From an uncultured Clostridia bacterium (lineage in GTDB: Bacteria > Bacillota > Clostridia > Oscillospirales > QAMX01), in assembly GCA_944380935.1 (NCBI GenBank), contig CALWJF010000027.1, positions 4,082-68,081 of the forward strand: 64,000 bases of DNA, written 5' to 3'. Both the position numbers and the translations under genes were made by a program. Under the pieces are notes generated by a model, which made no database searches, was not told the DNA's origin, and was given only the letters and a program-made list of their open reading frames with translations. Positions 27,756 through 37,640 of the stretch are shown one piece after another. Position 1 is the first letter of the stretch, and each line of letters opens with the position of its first letter.

Positions 27756-28177
27756 GCTTGTGAAAACAGGTAAAGGTATTCGTGCGCCGGAAAAGCACGA
27801 ACGCGATGAAGCTGGAGATTGCTCGTATTGATACGAGGTAACTTCGGCAGAGTATGTCCGCGCACCGCCAAAAGTGCGGTGAGTATGACGGGCGGCTAGA
27901 ATAGTGTAAAACGCGCGTACGCATACGCATAGACGGATGCGGACCTACACGTGGTTGAAAAAGCCGGGATCTGTGCCGAGCTTTTGGCCTGCGTTTTATC
28001 ATTTGTAAAGCCAGTCGAAAAACTTGAAGCACGTAACCGGCTTTTATTGTGTATCGTTTTTCAACACACGGCGCGGTTGCAGTATTCTATGCCGTACTGA
28101 TCTTCCGTCGGGAACAATAATAAAAAAGAAGAGCACGAGCCGGCGGATAGCAAAAGTACGTGCAGGAAGGAAAGAAC
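27756..28177 (+). promoter_or_regulatory. long structured 5' leader of rpsJ, possibly an unclassified cis-regulatory RNA or sRNA
   Basis: About 420 nt with no credible ORF. Hairpins at 27779-27801, 27822-27837, 27863-27881 and 27959-27985, plus a terminator-like hairpin with T-run at 28007-28048. Confidence 0.3.
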
Positions 28178-28483
28178 ATGGAAAAAATCAGAGTGCGTCT
28201 GAAAGCCTATGATCATCAGTTGATTGACCAGAGCGCTGAGCGGATCGTGGAGACTGCCAAGCGAACCGGATCTGCAGTATCCGGCCCGATCCCGCTGCCG
28301 ACCCATAAGGAAGTGGTCACCATTCTGCGTGCGGTTCATAAGTATAAGGACAGCCGCGAGCAGTTTGAACGCCGCACCCATAAACGTTTGATCGACATAT
28401 CCAACCCCTCGCAGAAGACCGTTGAGGCCCTGATGAGCCTTGATCTCCCGGCGGGCGTAGATATTGAGATAAAAGTGATCTGA
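28178..28483 (+). CDS. rpsJ: 30S ribosomal protein S10
   Basis: [19 protein letters not shown]... Internal Met of ORF 28160..28483, preceded by GGAAGGAAAG. Confidence 0.95.
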   Translation: MEKIRVRLKAYDHQLIDQSAERIVETAKRTGSAVSGPIPLPTHKEVVTILRAVHKYKDSREQFERRTHKRLIDISNPSQKTVEALMSLDLPAGVDIEIKVI

Positions 28484-28571
28484 GGACAGGAAAGTTCACA
28501 ACCGGCCGGATAAATCCGGCCAAGGTCAAGTTGGCACTGCCAACCAATAACCACAAGGAGGAAACTTAAGC

Positions 28572-29270
28572 ATGAAGAAAGCAATCATCGGCAGAAAAGT
28601 GGGTATGACCCAGATTTTCACCGAAGAGGGCAAGGTAATCCCGGTAACGGTTATCGAAGCTGGTCCATGCACCGTGATTCAGAAAAAAATTGCGGAGAAG
28701 GACGGCTATGATGCGGTTCAGCTGGGATTCGAAGATGTACCGGCCAAGAAGCTGAACAAGCCGCAGCTGGGCCATCTCAAAACCGCCGGAGAAGACATCA
28801 AAAAGTATCTCAAAGAGTTTAAGCTCGAAGACAGCGCCTCGTATAATGCAGGCGACGTTCTGCTGGCAGATGTATTTGCTGAAGGCGATTTCGTCGATGT
28901 AACCGGTATATCCAAAGGTAAGGGTTATGCTGGCGTCGTAAAGCGCTGGGGACAGCATGTTCAGAATCATACCCACGGCGTTGGCCCGGTTCACCGCAGC
29001 GTCGGTTCCATGGGTGCGAACTCAGACCCGGCCCGCGTTATGCCCGGTAAGAAAATGCCTGGCCATATGGGTGTCGAACAGGTTACCGTACAGAACTTGC
29101 GCGTTGCGAAGGTGGACCCGGATCTAAATCTGATTGCCATCTGCGGAGCTGTTCCCGGCCCGCGCGGCGGCATTGTTTATATTAAAGATACGGTTAAGAC
29201 TCATAAGGTTAAGAATGTACAGGCCCAGCCGGCAAGCGTTAACCCGCAGAAGGCTTCGGCTAGACGCTAA
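28572..29270 (+). CDS. rplC: 50S ribosomal protein L3
   Basis: 232 aa. [10 protein letters not shown]...[15 protein letters not shown]10-operon order. Confidence 0.96.
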   Translation: MKKAIIGRKVGMTQIFTEEGKVIPVTVIEAGPCTVIQKKIAEKDGYDAVQLGFEDVPAKKLNKPQLGHLKTAGEDIKKYLKEFKLEDSASYNAGDVLLADVFAEGDFVDVTGISKGKGYAGVVKRWGQHVQNHTHGVGPVHRSVGSMGANSDPARVMPGKKMPGHMGVEQVTVQNLRVAKVDPDLNLIAICGAVPGPRGGIVYIKDTVKTHKVKNVQAQPASVNPQKASARR

Positions 29271-29289
29271 AGAAAGGAGAGTTTGAACC

Positions 29290-29919
29290 ATGCCTAAAGC
29301 CAATGTTTATGACATGACCGGAAAGGTCGTCGGCGAAATCGAACTTTCCGAATCCATTTTCGGCCTTACGCCGAACACAGTTGCAATTCACGCTGCTGTT
29401 AAGAATCATCTGGCAAACTGCCGTCAGGGCACGCAGAGTGCGCTGACCCGCGCTGAGGTTTCCGGCGGCGGCCGTAAGCCGTGGCGCCAAAAGGGCACCG
29501 GCCGCGCACGTCAGGGTTCGACCCGTTCCCCGCAATGGACGCACGGCGGCGTTGTATTTGCCCCGAAGCCCAGAAATTATTCCTATCGCCTGAACAAGAA
29601 GTATAAGCGCCTGGCGCTGTGCTCTGCGCTCAGCTCGAAGGCTCTGGCTGAAGATATTATCGTGATCGACAACCTCAACTGTGAAGAGATTAAGACGAAA
29701 AACATCGTTTCCATGCTCGGCGCAGTCGGTGCAGGCGAGTGTAAGAGCCTGATCGTGACCCCTGAGGTCCGCCGTAATGTAGTTCTTTCGGCGCGCAACA
29801 TTCCCGGCGTCGTCACGACAATTGCCAACACCATTAATGTCTATGATATTATGAACGCCGACAAGTTCATCGTAGACCGCGCCGCCGTCGATGTAATCCA
29901 GGAGGTGTTTGGAAAATGA
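29290..29919 (+). CDS. rplD: 50S ribosomal protein L4
   Basis: 209 aa. [19 protein letters not shown]. Confidence 0.96.
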   Translation: MPKANVYDMTGKVVGEIELSESIFGLTPNTVAIHAAVKNHLANCRQGTQSALTRAEVSGGGRKPWRQKGTGRARQGSTRSPQWTHGGVVFAPKPRNYSYRLNKKYKRLALCSALSSKALAEDIIVIDNLNCEEIKTKNIVSMLGAVGAGECKSLIVTPEVRRNVVLSARNIPGVVTTIANTINVYDIMNADKFIVDRAAVDVIQEVFGK

Positions 29920-30209
29920 CATCCATTTATGATGTAATTCGCCGCCCGATCGTCACGGAACGTTCGGTGGCTGCCGCGCAGGAGAAGAAATACACCTTCG
30001 AAGTCGATCGCCATGCCAATAAGATCGAAATCAAGGAAGCGGTCGAAAAGATTTTCGACGTCAAAGTGGCAAGTGTGAACACGATGAATTTCAAGGGCAA
30101 GACCCGTCGCCGTGGTTATACCAGCGGCAGTACCGCTGCCTGGAAAAAGGCAATTGTCACGTTGACCGCTGACTCCAAGGGCATTGAGTTCTTTGAGTCG
30201 TTCACCTGA
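29916..30209 (+). CDS. rplW: 50S ribosomal protein L23
   Basis: 97 aa. [11 protein letters not shown]...KKAIVTL. ATGA overlap with rplD. Confidence 0.95.
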   Translation: MTSIYDVIRRPIVTERSVAAAQEKKYTFEVDRHANKIEIKEAVEKIFDVKVASVNTMNFKGKTRRRGYTSGSTAAWKKAIVTLTADSKGIEFFESFT

Positions 30210-30250
30210 TGCGCGTTTTTCAGCAGATTTTAGAACAGGGAGTGAGATAG

Positions 30251-31084
30251 ATGCCGATAAAGACCTTTAGACCCACGACCCCGTCGCGGCGGCACATGAC
30301 GACGCTGGACAATTCGGGTCTGGATAAGGTAAAGCCGGAAAAGAGTCTTCTGGACACCAATAAGAAGAACGCCGGCCGTAACAGCTATGGCAGAATTACC
30401 GTCCGTCACCAGGGCGGCGGAAACAGACAAAAATACAGAATCATCGATTTCAAACGCGATAAGATGGATATGCCGGCGAAGGTTTTGTATATCGAATACG
30501 ATCCGAACCGTTCGGCAAATATTGCGCGCGTTGAATACGAAGACGGCGAACGCCGTTATATCCTGGCACCGGTAGGCCTTAACCGCGGAGATAGTATACT
30601 TGCTAGTGCGGGGGCCGATATTAAGCCGGGCAATACCCTTCCGATCGGGAATATTCCGGTTGGTACCATTATTCACAACGTAGAACTCTATCCGGGCCGC
30701 GGCGCACAGCTTGTCCGTTCCGCCGGCGCAGCTGCACAGCTGATGGCAAAAGAGAACGGTTATGCGCAGGTTCGTCTTCCGTCCGGTGAAGTTCGTCTTG
30801 TACGTCTTGACTGTAAAGCGACGATCGGTCAGGTTGGTAATCTGGATCATGAGAATGTCCAGATCGGAAAGGCCGGCCGCAAACGCCATATGGGCATTCG
30901 CCCGACGGTACGCGGTAGCGTCATGAACCCGGTCGATCACCCGCACGGCGGTGGTGAAGGCAAGAGCCCGGTCGGCCGTCCAGGTCCGGTTACCCCCTGG
31001 GGCAAGCCGACACTTGGTTACAAGACCCGATCCAAGAAGAATCGTTCCAACAAGTTCATTGTTAAACGCCGCAACAGCAAGTAA
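30251..31084 (+). CDS. rplB: 50S ribosomal protein L2
   Basis: 277 aa. [16 protein letters not shown]...HPHGGGEG. Confidence 0.97.
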   Translation: MPIKTFRPTTPSRRHMTTLDNSGLDKVKPEKSLLDTNKKNAGRNSYGRITVRHQGGGNRQKYRIIDFKRDKMDMPAKVLYIEYDPNRSANIARVEYEDGERRYILAPVGLNRGDSILASAGADIKPGNTLPIGNIPVGTIIHNVELYPGRGAQLVRSAGAAAQLMAKENGYAQVRLPSGEVRLVRLDCKATIGQVGNLDHENVQIGKAGRKRHMGIRPTVRGSVMNPVDHPHGGGEGKSPVGRPGPVTPWGKPTLGYKTRSKKNRSNKFIVKRRNSK

Positions 31085-31099
31085 TTGGAGGTTATTTGA

Positions 31100-31375
31100 A
31101 TGAGCAGAAGCATAAAAAAGGGCCCGTTTGTAGCGCCCGAGCTCTACAAGAGAATCGCCGCGATGAACGCTGCAAACGATAAGCAGGTTGTAAAAACCTG
31201 GTCCCGCGCCTCCACGATTTTTCCGGAGTTTGTAGGACATACCATTGCGGTTCATGACGGTCGCAAGCATGTTCCGGTTTATATCACTGAGGACATGGTT
31301 GGTCATAAACTCGGCGAGTTTGCTCCCACGCGGACCTTTAAGGGTCATGCGGGAAGCAAGACTACGGGTAAATAA
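31100..31375 (+). CDS. rpsS: 30S ribosomal protein S19
   Basis: 91 aa. SRSIKKGPF...[28 protein letters not shown]. Confidence 0.97.
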   Translation: MSRSIKKGPFVAPELYKRIAAMNAANDKQVVKTWSRASTIFPEFVGHTIAVHDGRKHVPVYITEDMVGHKLGEFAPTRTFKGHAGSKTTGK

Positions 31376-31387
31376 GGAGGAGTTACG

Positions 31388-31723
31388 ATGGAAGCAAGAG
31401 CCTATGCAAAGCAGATTCGCATCACTCCGAGAAAGGTTAAAATTGTCTGCGATCTTATCCGTGGAAAAGACGTTTCCGAAGCCGCTGCGATCCTTGTAAA
31501 TACCCGTAAAGCTGCCAGCGAGCCGCTGATTAAGTTGTTAAAGAGCGCGATCGCAAATGCGCAGAACAATCATGAAATGGACGTCGATAAATTGTATGTC
31601 TCTCAGATTTTCGTAGGCCCCGGCCCGACGATGAAGAGACTGATGCCCAGAGCCCGCGGCAGCGCGGACAGAATCTTGAAGAGAACCTCGAACATAACGC
31701 TGGCTCTCTCCGAGAGAGAATAA
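31388..31723 (+). CDS. rplV: 50S ribosomal protein L22
   Basis: 111 aa. [17 protein letters not shown]...[13 protein letters not shown]. Confidence 0.96.
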   Translation: MEARAYAKQIRITPRKVKIVCDLIRGKDVSEAAAILVNTRKAASEPLIKLLKSAIANAQNNHEMDVDKLYVSQIFVGPGPTMKRLMPRARGSADRILKRTSNITLALSERE

Positions 31724-31738
31724 GCAGGAGGTCAGACA

Positions 31739-32695
31739 ATGGGTCAGAAAGTTAATCCTCACGGACTGCGAGTGGGCGTGATCCAGAACTGGGACTCCCG
31801 CTGGTATGCAAAAAATGAGAATGTCGGCGATCTTCTCGTCGAAGATTTCAAAATTCGTAAATTCATCAAAGACACTTTGTATGATGCCGGTATCCCGAAG
31901 ATTGAAATTGAACGCAATCCGAATCGGGTCCGCATCTTCATCCACTGCGCTCGCCCGGGTATCGTAATCGGGCGCGGCGGCGCAGATATTGAGAAACTCC
32001 GTCTTCAGCTTGAGGGCATGATCGGCAAGCGTGTAGCGGTCAATATTGTGGAGATCCGCAATCCCGACCTGAATGCGCAGTTGGTTGCTGAAAATATTGC
32101 TGCCCAGATTGAAAAGCGTGTAAGTTTCCGCCGTGCGATGAAGCAGGTAATGGGCCGTGCGACCCGTGCCGGCGCCAAGGGAATAAAGACCTGGGCATCC
32201 GGCCGTCTTGGCGGCGCGGAAATTGCCAGAACGGAAGTTTACCACGAGGGAACGATCCCGCTTCAGACCTTGCGTGCAGATATTGATTATGGTTTTGCTG
32301 AGGCAAAGACCCAGTATGGGCGTATCGGCATCAAAGTTTGGATTTATCGCGGCGAAGTGCTGACGAGAGGACCGCGGCAGACATCCGTCGAAGCGCCCAG
32401 AGCAGACCGTCGTGACCGCCGTGACCGCCGTGACCGTCGTGATGGCGATAAGCGTGGCGGATATAATCGCGATCGTTCGCAGGGCGGCTTCAACCGTGGC
32501 GGAGATCGTACACCGGGCGGCCACCGCAACAATAATGCAGGCGCACAGGGTGGCCAGCGCAGCGGTGGTTACAATAATAACCGTGCAGGCGGCCAGGGCG
32601 GTTTTAATCGCGGCCCGCGTCCGCAGGGCACTGCTCCCCGCGCTCCGCGGCCGGCAGCAGGCGCTCCCGTCAAACCGGAAGGAGGCAACAACTAA
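31739..32695 (+). CDS. rpsC: 30S ribosomal protein S3 with Arg/Gly/Asn-rich C-terminal extension of about 100 aa
   Basis: [13 protein letters not shown]... KH and S3-C core up to about aa 214, then [35 protein letters not shown]... to aa 318. Confidence 0.95.
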   Translation: MGQKVNPHGLRVGVIQNWDSRWYAKNENVGDLLVEDFKIRKFIKDTLYDAGIPKIEIERNPNRVRIFIHCARPGIVIGRGGADIEKLRLQLEGMIGKRVAVNIVEIRNPDLNAQLVAENIAAQIEKRVSFRRAMKQVMGRATRAGAKGIKTWASGRLGGAEIARTEVYHEGTIPLQTLRADIDYGFAEAKTQYGRIGIKVWIYRGEVLTRGPRQTSVEAPRADRRDRRDRRDRRDGDKRGGYNRDRSQGGFNRGGDRTPGGHRNNNAGAQGGQRSGGYNNNRAGGQGGFNRGPRPQGTAPRAPRPAAGAPVKPEGGNN

Positions 32696-33153
32696 TGCTT
32701 CTGCCAAAGAGAGTAAAATATCGTAAGCAGCAAAGAGGCCGCATGAAGGGTGTTGCACACAAGGGCAACAAGGTTACCTATGGCGAGTACGGCATCATGG
32801 CGATGGAGCCGGCGTGGATCAGCTCGAATCAGATCGAAGCTGCCCGTATAGCAATGACCAGATATACCCGCCGCGGCGGTAAAGTATGGATCAAGATATT
32901 CCCGGATAAGCCCATTACGAAGAAGCCTGCTGAGACCCGCATGGGTTCCGGTAAAGGTTCGCCGGAATACTGGGTTGCAGTTGTCAAGCCGGGTAGAGTG
33001 ATGTTTGAGATCGCAGGTGTTCCGGAAGAGACAGCACGTGAAGCGCTGCGTTTGGCCGGATATAAGCTTCCGATCAAGACCAAGTTTGTAAAACGCGAAG
33101 ACCTGCCGGCGGATGCGGCAGAAGAGGATGGCGGTGAAGTAGATGAAGGCTAA
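32695..33153 (+). CDS. rplP: 50S ribosomal protein L16
   Basis: [19 protein letters not shown]... Short acidic C-terminal tail. TAATG overlap with rpsC. Confidence 0.96.
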   Translation: MLLPKRVKYRKQQRGRMKGVAHKGNKVTYGEYGIMAMEPAWISSNQIEAARIAMTRYTRRGGKVWIKIFPDKPITKKPAETRMGSGKGSPEYWVAVVKPGRVMFEIAGVPEETAREALRLAGYKLPIKTKFVKREDLPADAAEEDGGEVDEG

Positions 33154-33334
33154 TGAGATCCGCGAAATGTCGCTCGAAGAGTTGAATGTGAAGTTAAACG
33201 ATCTGAAAAAAGATCTCTTCAACCTTCGGTTCCAGAATGCGACCAACCAGCTTGAAAATCCGAAACAGATCACCCAAGTCCGCCGTGATATTGCCCGGGT
33301 AAAAACCGTTATCACTGAAAAGACGGCCGAATAA
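33143..33334 (+). CDS. rpmC: 50S ribosomal protein L29
   Basis: 63 aa. [27 protein letters not shown]. Confidence 0.95.
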   Translation: MKANEIREMSLEELNVKLNDLKKDLFNLRFQNATNQLENPKQITQVRRDIARVKTVITEKTAE

Positions 33335-33348
33335 GGAGGGTATTTTAA

Positions 33349-33606
33349 ATGGAAGAAAGAGCTTTCCGAAAAACTCGAGTAGGCCGCGTCGTATCGGACA
33401 AGATGGATAAGACCATTGTAGTGGCGGTCGAAGAACGGGTAGCACACCCGCTGTATAAAAAGATTATCAAGAGCACATATCGCCTGAAGGCGCACGACGA
33501 GAAGAACGAGTGCGGCATTGGCGACCGAGTATTGGTTATGGAGACTCGCCCCCTTTCTAAGGATAAGAGATGGCGTCTGGTCGAGATAATCGAAAAAGCA
33601 CGCTAA
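33349..33606 (+). CDS. rpsQ: 30S ribosomal protein S17
   Basis: 85 aa. [17 protein letters not shown]...HPLYKK. Confidence 0.95.
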   Translation: MEERAFRKTRVGRVVSDKMDKTIVVAVEERVAHPLYKKIIKSTYRLKAHDEKNECGIGDRVLVMETRPLSKDKRWRLVEIIEKAR

Positions 33607-33624
33607 AGGAGGAGGCTGGCTTAC

Positions 33625-33993
33625 ATGATTCAACAGGAATCCAAATTGAAAGTAGCCGACAACACCGGAGCAAAGGAGCTGAAATGCATTCGAGTGCTCG
33701 GCGGTTCGGTACGTAAGTACGGCAATATTGGCGATGTAATCGTGGCCTCTGTCAGAAAGGCCGCACCGGGCGGAGTTGTAAAGAAGGGCGAAGTAGTAAA
33801 AGCTGTAATCGTTCGTTCTGCACAGGGCGTCCGCCGCGCAGACGGCAGCTATGTCAAGTTTGACGATAATGCTGCAGTCATCATTCGTGAAGATAAAAAC
33901 CCGAGAGGCACGCGTATTTTTGGACCGGTGGCCCGCGAGCTGCGTGATCGCGACTACATGAAAATCCTGTCTCTCGCCCCCGAAGTTCTTTAA
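33625..33993 (+). CDS. rplN: 50S ribosomal protein L14
   Basis: [18 protein letters not shown]... 122 aa. Confidence 0.97.
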   Translation: MIQQESKLKVADNTGAKELKCIRVLGGSVRKYGNIGDVIVASVRKAAPGGVVKKGEVVKAVIVRSAQGVRRADGSYVKFDDNAAVIIREDKNPRGTRIFGPVARELRDRDYMKILSLAPEVL

Positions 33994-34008
33994 GGGAGGG
34001 CGCAGAAA

Positions 34009-34326
34009 ATGAATTCGCTTAAGATCAAAAAAGACGATAACGTTCTGGTGATCGCCGGCAAAGACCGTGGCCGTAGTGGAAAGGTTATAGCTACCGATGC
34101 CAAAAACGGTACCGTGATCGTATCGGGCGTCAATATCGCCACTAAGCATAAAAAACCCCGCAATATGCAGGAACAGGGCGGTATCATCAAGCAGGAGCTT
34201 CCGTTGGAAGCCTCCAATGTGATGGTTGTCTGCTCGAAGTGCCATAAACCCACCCGAATTAAGACTGAGGTTTCCGCCTCCGGCGAAAAGACCCGCATTT
34301 GTAAAAAATGCGGCGCACAGCTGTAA
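34009..34326 (+). CDS. rplX: 50S ribosomal protein L24
   Basis: 105 aa. KIKKDDNVLVIAGKDRGRSGKV (KOW motif). Confidence 0.95.
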   Translation: MNSLKIKKDDNVLVIAGKDRGRSGKVIATDAKNGTVIVSGVNIATKHKKPRNMQEQGGIIKQELPLEASNVMVVCSKCHKPTRIKTEVSASGEKTRICKKCGAQL

Positions 34327-34342
34327 GGGAGGATAAAAGAAT

Positions 34343-34888
34343 ATGGCAGCAAGAATGAAAGTTATGTACCAGAAAGAAGTTGCACCGGCGCTGATGAAGA
34401 AGTTTGAATACAAAAGCCCGATGCAGATTCCGAGACTGGATAAAGTGGTAATTAATGTAGGTTGCGGCGAGGCCCGTGATAATGCGAAGGTGATTGACGC
34501 AGTGGTTGCAGATATCACGGCAATTTCCGGGCAAAAACCTGTAGTGACTCATGCTCGTAAGAGTGTTGCAAACTTTAAGCTGCGTGAAGGCATGCCGGTG
34601 GGTGTAAAGGTCACACTGCGTGCAGACCGTATGTGGGAGTTTTTAGATCGTCTCTTTAACGTTGCACTTCCGCGCGTTCGTGATTTCCGTGGAATCAGCG
34701 CGAATTCCTTTGATGGGCGCGGCAATTACGCACTCGGTTTAAAAGAGCAGCTGATTTTCCCGGAGATAGAGTATGACAAGATTGATAAAATCCGCGGGAT
34801 GGATATCGTCATTGTCACAACCGCCAATACAGACGAAGAAGCCAAAGAGCTGTTGACGCTTTTGGGCGCTCCGTTTGCAAGAGAGTAA
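34343..34888 (+). CDS. rplE: 50S ribosomal protein L5
   Basis: 181 aa. [15 protein letters not shown]...[17 protein letters not shown]. Confidence 0.96.
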   Translation: MAARMKVMYQKEVAPALMKKFEYKSPMQIPRLDKVVINVGCGEARDNAKVIDAVVADITAISGQKPVVTHARKSVANFKLREGMPVGVKVTLRADRMWEFLDRLFNVALPRVRDFRGISANSFDGRGNYALGLKEQLIFPEIEYDKIDKIRGMDIVIVTTANTDEEAKELLTLLGAPFARE

Positions 34889-34905
34889 GAAGGAGGCAGG
34901 AACAA

Positions 34906-35091
34906 GTGGCTAAGAAATCAATGATCTTAAAGCAGCAGAGAACGCCGAAGTTCTCTACTCGAGGCTACAACCGCTGCAAACTTTGCGGCCGTCCGCATGC
35001 CTAACTTCGTGATTACGGCATCTGCAGAATCTGCTTCCGTGAGCTTGCTTACAAAGGCCAGATTCCGGGTGTGAAAAAGGCAAGCTGGTAA
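34906..35091 (+). pseudogene. rpsZ: 30S ribosomal protein S14 type Z, interrupted by an in-frame TAA at 35002-35004
   Basis: GTG start 9 nt after AGGAGG. Translation is [31 protein letters not shown][32 protein letters not shown]. Canonical slot between rplE and rpsH. It is absent from the ORF track even though an intact 61-codon GTG-initiated ORF would reach the track's apparent 60-aa cut-off. Confidence 0.85.
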
Positions 35092-35105
35092 GGAGGATTG
35101 AGGAA

Positions 35106-35504
35106 ATGCATATTACAGATCCCATCGCCGATATGCTGACCCGTTTGCGCAATGCGGGGAGTGCGAAGCATGAATCGGTTGAAGTACCGGCCTCTAAAAT
35201 GAAAAAGGCGATCGCCCAGATCCTGCTCGAGGAAGGTTACATTAAAAATTATAAGATAGTCGACGAAGGTGCGCAGGGGATGATAAAGATTGCGTTAAAG
35301 TATACCGCAGACGGTACGCGCGCAATCAGCGGTCTGCGCCGTGTATCGAAGCCTGGTCTGCGTATTTATGCACCGGCAGATGAACTTCCCCAGGTTTTGC
35401 GCGGACTTGGTATCGCGATTATTTCTACTTCCAAGGGCGTTATGACCGATAAAAAAGCTCGTGAAGAGCATATTGGCGGCGAAGTCCTCGCCTTTATCTG
35501 GTAA
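35106..35504 (+). CDS. rpsH: 30S ribosomal protein S8
   Basis: [17 protein letters not shown]... 132 aa. Confidence 0.97.
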   Translation: MHITDPIADMLTRLRNAGSAKHESVEVPASKMKKAIAQILLEEGYIKNYKIVDEGAQGMIKIALKYTADGTRAISGLRRVSKPGLRIYAPADELPQVLRGLGIAIISTSKGVMTDKKAREEHIGGEVLAFIW

Positions 35505-35519
35505 GGAGGAGGAAGAGCG

Positions 35520-36062
35520 ATGTCCAGAATTGGTAAAATGCCGATTGCAGTTCCGGCAGACTGCCAGGTTGCAATTGATGGAAAGAATATAAAAGTAAAA
35601 GGTCCTAAAGGCGAACTGAGCATGACGGTGCATAATCTCGTTTCCATCACACTCGAAGATGGTGTTGTGCATGTCCACTGTGAAAACGATTCCAAAGAAG
35701 CAAATGCATTACATGGTCTGACCCGTGCGCTTGTGCACAATATGGTGGTAGGCGTACATGAAGGCTTTAAAAAAGAGCTTGAGGTAAATGGCGTTGGATA
35801 CAGAGCAGCCAAATCAGGCAATTCACTGGTCTTAAACGTTGGATACTCGCATCAGGTCACGGTTAATGAAATCCCGGGGATCAGCATTGACGTACCGGCA
35901 CCGAACCGAATCATCATCAGCGGACCGGATCGGCAGGCGGTAGGACAGTTTGCAGCAGAAGTTCGTGAAATCAGACCGCCGGAACCCTATAAGGGAAAAG
36001 GCATTAAGTATGTCGACGAGACCATAATCCGTAAAGTCGGTAAGGCCGGCGGCAAGAAGTAA
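35520..36062 (+). CDS. rplF: 50S ribosomal protein L6
   Basis: MSRIGKMPIAVP... 180 aa. Confidence 0.96.
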   Translation: MSRIGKMPIAVPADCQVAIDGKNIKVKGPKGELSMTVHNLVSITLEDGVVHVHCENDSKEANALHGLTRALVHNMVVGVHEGFKKELEVNGVGYRAAKSGNSLVLNVGYSHQVTVNEIPGISIDVPAPNRIIISGPDRQAVGQFAAEVREIRPPEPYKGKGIKYVDETIIRKVGKAGGKK

Positions 36063-36075
36063 GGGAGAGTAACCG

Positions 36076-36435
36076 ATGGTTAGCAGAAAAGATAGCAATA
36101 AGCAGCGCATCAAGCGCCACCGCAGAGTACGCGGAGCCATCTCGGGCACTCCGGAGAGACCGCGCCTGTGTGTGTATAGAAGCCTTTCTAATATTTACGC
36201 TCAGGTAATTGACGATGTCAACCGCGTGACAATCGCAAGCGCATCCACCACAGAAAAAGCGTTCAGCGAATACGGCGGGAACTGCGAAGCAGCCAAGAAA
36301 GTCGGTCTTGCGGTTGCCGAACGTGCCGGCGCCAAGGGCATAAAGACTGTTGTCTTTGACCGTGGCGGCTATGTTTACCACGGCAGAGTGCAGGCATTAG
36401 CCGACGGCGCCCGTGAGGGCGGCCTCGAGTTTTAA
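36076..36435 (+). CDS. rplR: 50S ribosomal protein L18
   Basis: 119 aa. [26 protein letters not shown]...[26 protein letters not shown]. Confidence 0.96.
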   Translation: MVSRKDSNKQRIKRHRRVRGAISGTPERPRLCVYRSLSNIYAQVIDDVNRVTIASASTTEKAFSEYGGNCEAAKKVGLAVAERAGAKGIKTVVFDRGGYVYHGRVQALADGAREGGLEF

Positions 36436-36450
36436 GTTGGAGGGCAGGAA

Positions 36451-36957
36451 ATGGCAAAGTTAATCGATGCGTCGACCCTCGACCTGACCGAGAAAGTCGT
36501 CGCGCTGAATCGTGTATCGAAGACCGTAAAAGGCGGTCGTATTTTCAAGTTTACCGCACTGGTGGTAGTCGGTAATGGGAATGGAATTGTTGGATTCGGC
36601 TTAGGGAAAGCTGCGGAAGTACCGGATGCAATACGAAAAGGTATGGAAGATGCCAAAAAGAACCTTAAGCAGATTGCACTGAAAGGGACCACGATTCCCC
36701 ATGAAGTAATCGGAGAGTTTGGAGCCGGCAAGGTTTTGCTCAAGCCGGCTGCTCCTGGTACGGGAATTATTACCGGCGGTGTCGTGCGTGCAATCATGGA
36801 AGCGGTTGGCATTCAGGATGTACGTGCAAAGAGCCTTCGCTCGAATACCCCGCAAAACGTCGTGTCCGCCACCATGGCAGGCCTGATGCAGCTGCGTAAT
36901 GCAGAGCAAGTCGCAGCGGTCCGCGGCAAGAGCGTTGACGAAGTTGTCAAGGGCTAA
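36451..36957 (+). CDS. rpsE: 30S ribosomal protein S5
   Basis: 168 aa. [30 protein letters not shown]. Confidence 0.96.
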   Translation: MAKLIDASTLDLTEKVVALNRVSKTVKGGRIFKFTALVVVGNGNGIVGFGLGKAAEVPDAIRKGMEDAKKNLKQIALKGTTIPHEVIGEFGAGKVLLKPAAPGTGIITGGVVRAIMEAVGIQDVRAKSLRSNTPQNVVSATMAGLMQLRNAEQVAAVRGKSVDEVVKG

Positions 36958-36967
36958 GGAGGACGTC

Positions 36968-37147
36968 ATGGCTAAAGTAAAAGTTACGCTCGTAAAGAGC
37001 TTAAACGGCAGACATAAAACGCACATTGCCACGGCTAATTCTCTAGGGCTGCGCAAAATCGGCGATTGGAATGTCCAGCCGGATAACGAGCAGACCCGGG
37101 GCAAGATTGCACAGATTTGCTATCTTGTCAAGGTAGAAGAGGCATAA
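36968..37147 (+). CDS. rpmD: 50S ribosomal protein L30
   Basis: The internal Met of ORF 36899..37147 gives 59-aa [33 protein letters not shown]... Confidence 0.93.
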   Translation: MAKVKVTLVKSLNGRHKTHIATANSLGLRKIGDWNVQPDNEQTRGKIAQICYLVKVEEA

Positions 37148-37198
37148 ATACCCCGGTAAGAAAATTTCTTATCGTGCGAGCGAAAGGAATGTAACAAT

Positions 37199-37639
37199 AT
37201 GAAATTATATGAACTTTCACCGGCACCGGGGTCTGTCAGCGCCCCGAAGCGCAAAGGCCGCGGAATCGCAACCGGTAATGGAAAGACAGCTGGTCGCGGA
37301 CACAAAGGGCAGAAAGCGCGTTCCGGCGGTGGCGTCCGTCCGGGATTTGACGGTGTATCCCTTCCGTATATCCGCAAGCTGCCGAAGCGCGGTTTTACCA
37401 ATCATTTTAAAATCAACTATGCAGCGATCAACCTTGAAGATCTGAATGGATTTGAGGCTGGAGCTGTTATTGATGCACAAGCATTAAAAACTGCAGGCAT
37501 CATAAAAAAAGAGCTTGATGGAGTCAAGGTTTTAGGTCGCGGCGAGATTCGTAAGGCGCTTACGATCAAGGCGGCGGCATTCTCCGAAAGCGCCAAGACT
37601 AAAATTGAAGCAGCCGGAGGAAAGGCAGAGGTGATCTGA
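37199..37639 (+). CDS. rplO: 50S ribosomal protein L15
   Basis: 146 aa. [28 protein letters not shown]. Confidence 0.96.
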   Translation: MKLYELSPAPGSVSAPKRKGRGIATGNGKTAGRGHKGQKARSGGGVRPGFDGVSLPYIRKLPKRGFTNHFKINYAAINLEDLNGFEAGAVIDAQALKTAGIIKKELDGVKVLGRGEIRKALTIKAAAFSESAKTKIEAAGGKAEVI

Positions 37640-37640
37640 G

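Noticed and set aside
27756-28177. Identity of the rpsJ leader as RNase P RNA, 6S RNA, SRP RNA, tmRNA or a known riboswitch
   Set aside because: None of the conserved cores I can recall are present (for example GAGGAAAGUCCGG for RNase P, GGUGGUACCGCG for the T-box, or the tmRNA ends). It is left as an unclassified structured leader in the findings.
27631-28212. Short ORFs in the rpsJ upstream region (27631..27831 +, 27748..28032 -, 28024..28212 +)
   Set aside because: None has an RBS. They span the terminator, promoter and hairpin elements, and their translations have no recognisable features.
30230-32758. 372-aa and 406-aa minus-strand ORFs antisense to rplB/rpsS and rpsC
   Set aside because: Same explanation: both are codon-aligned (positions = 2 mod 3) with the sense genes rplB, rpsS and rpsC. 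There are no motifs, and the overlapped ribosomal genes are unquestionably real.
32692-34518. 608-aa stop-free ORF on the minus strand, antisense to rplP-rpmC-rpsQ-rplN-rplX-rplE
   Set aside because: Its codons are in register (positions = 1 mod 3) with the sense codons of rplP, rpsQ, rplN and rplX, which all share one frame. Antisense stops in that register require the sense codons TTA, CTA or TCA, which are avoided in these highly expressed genes. The translation is low-complexity with no motif, start context or RBS. It is a codon-bias artefact.
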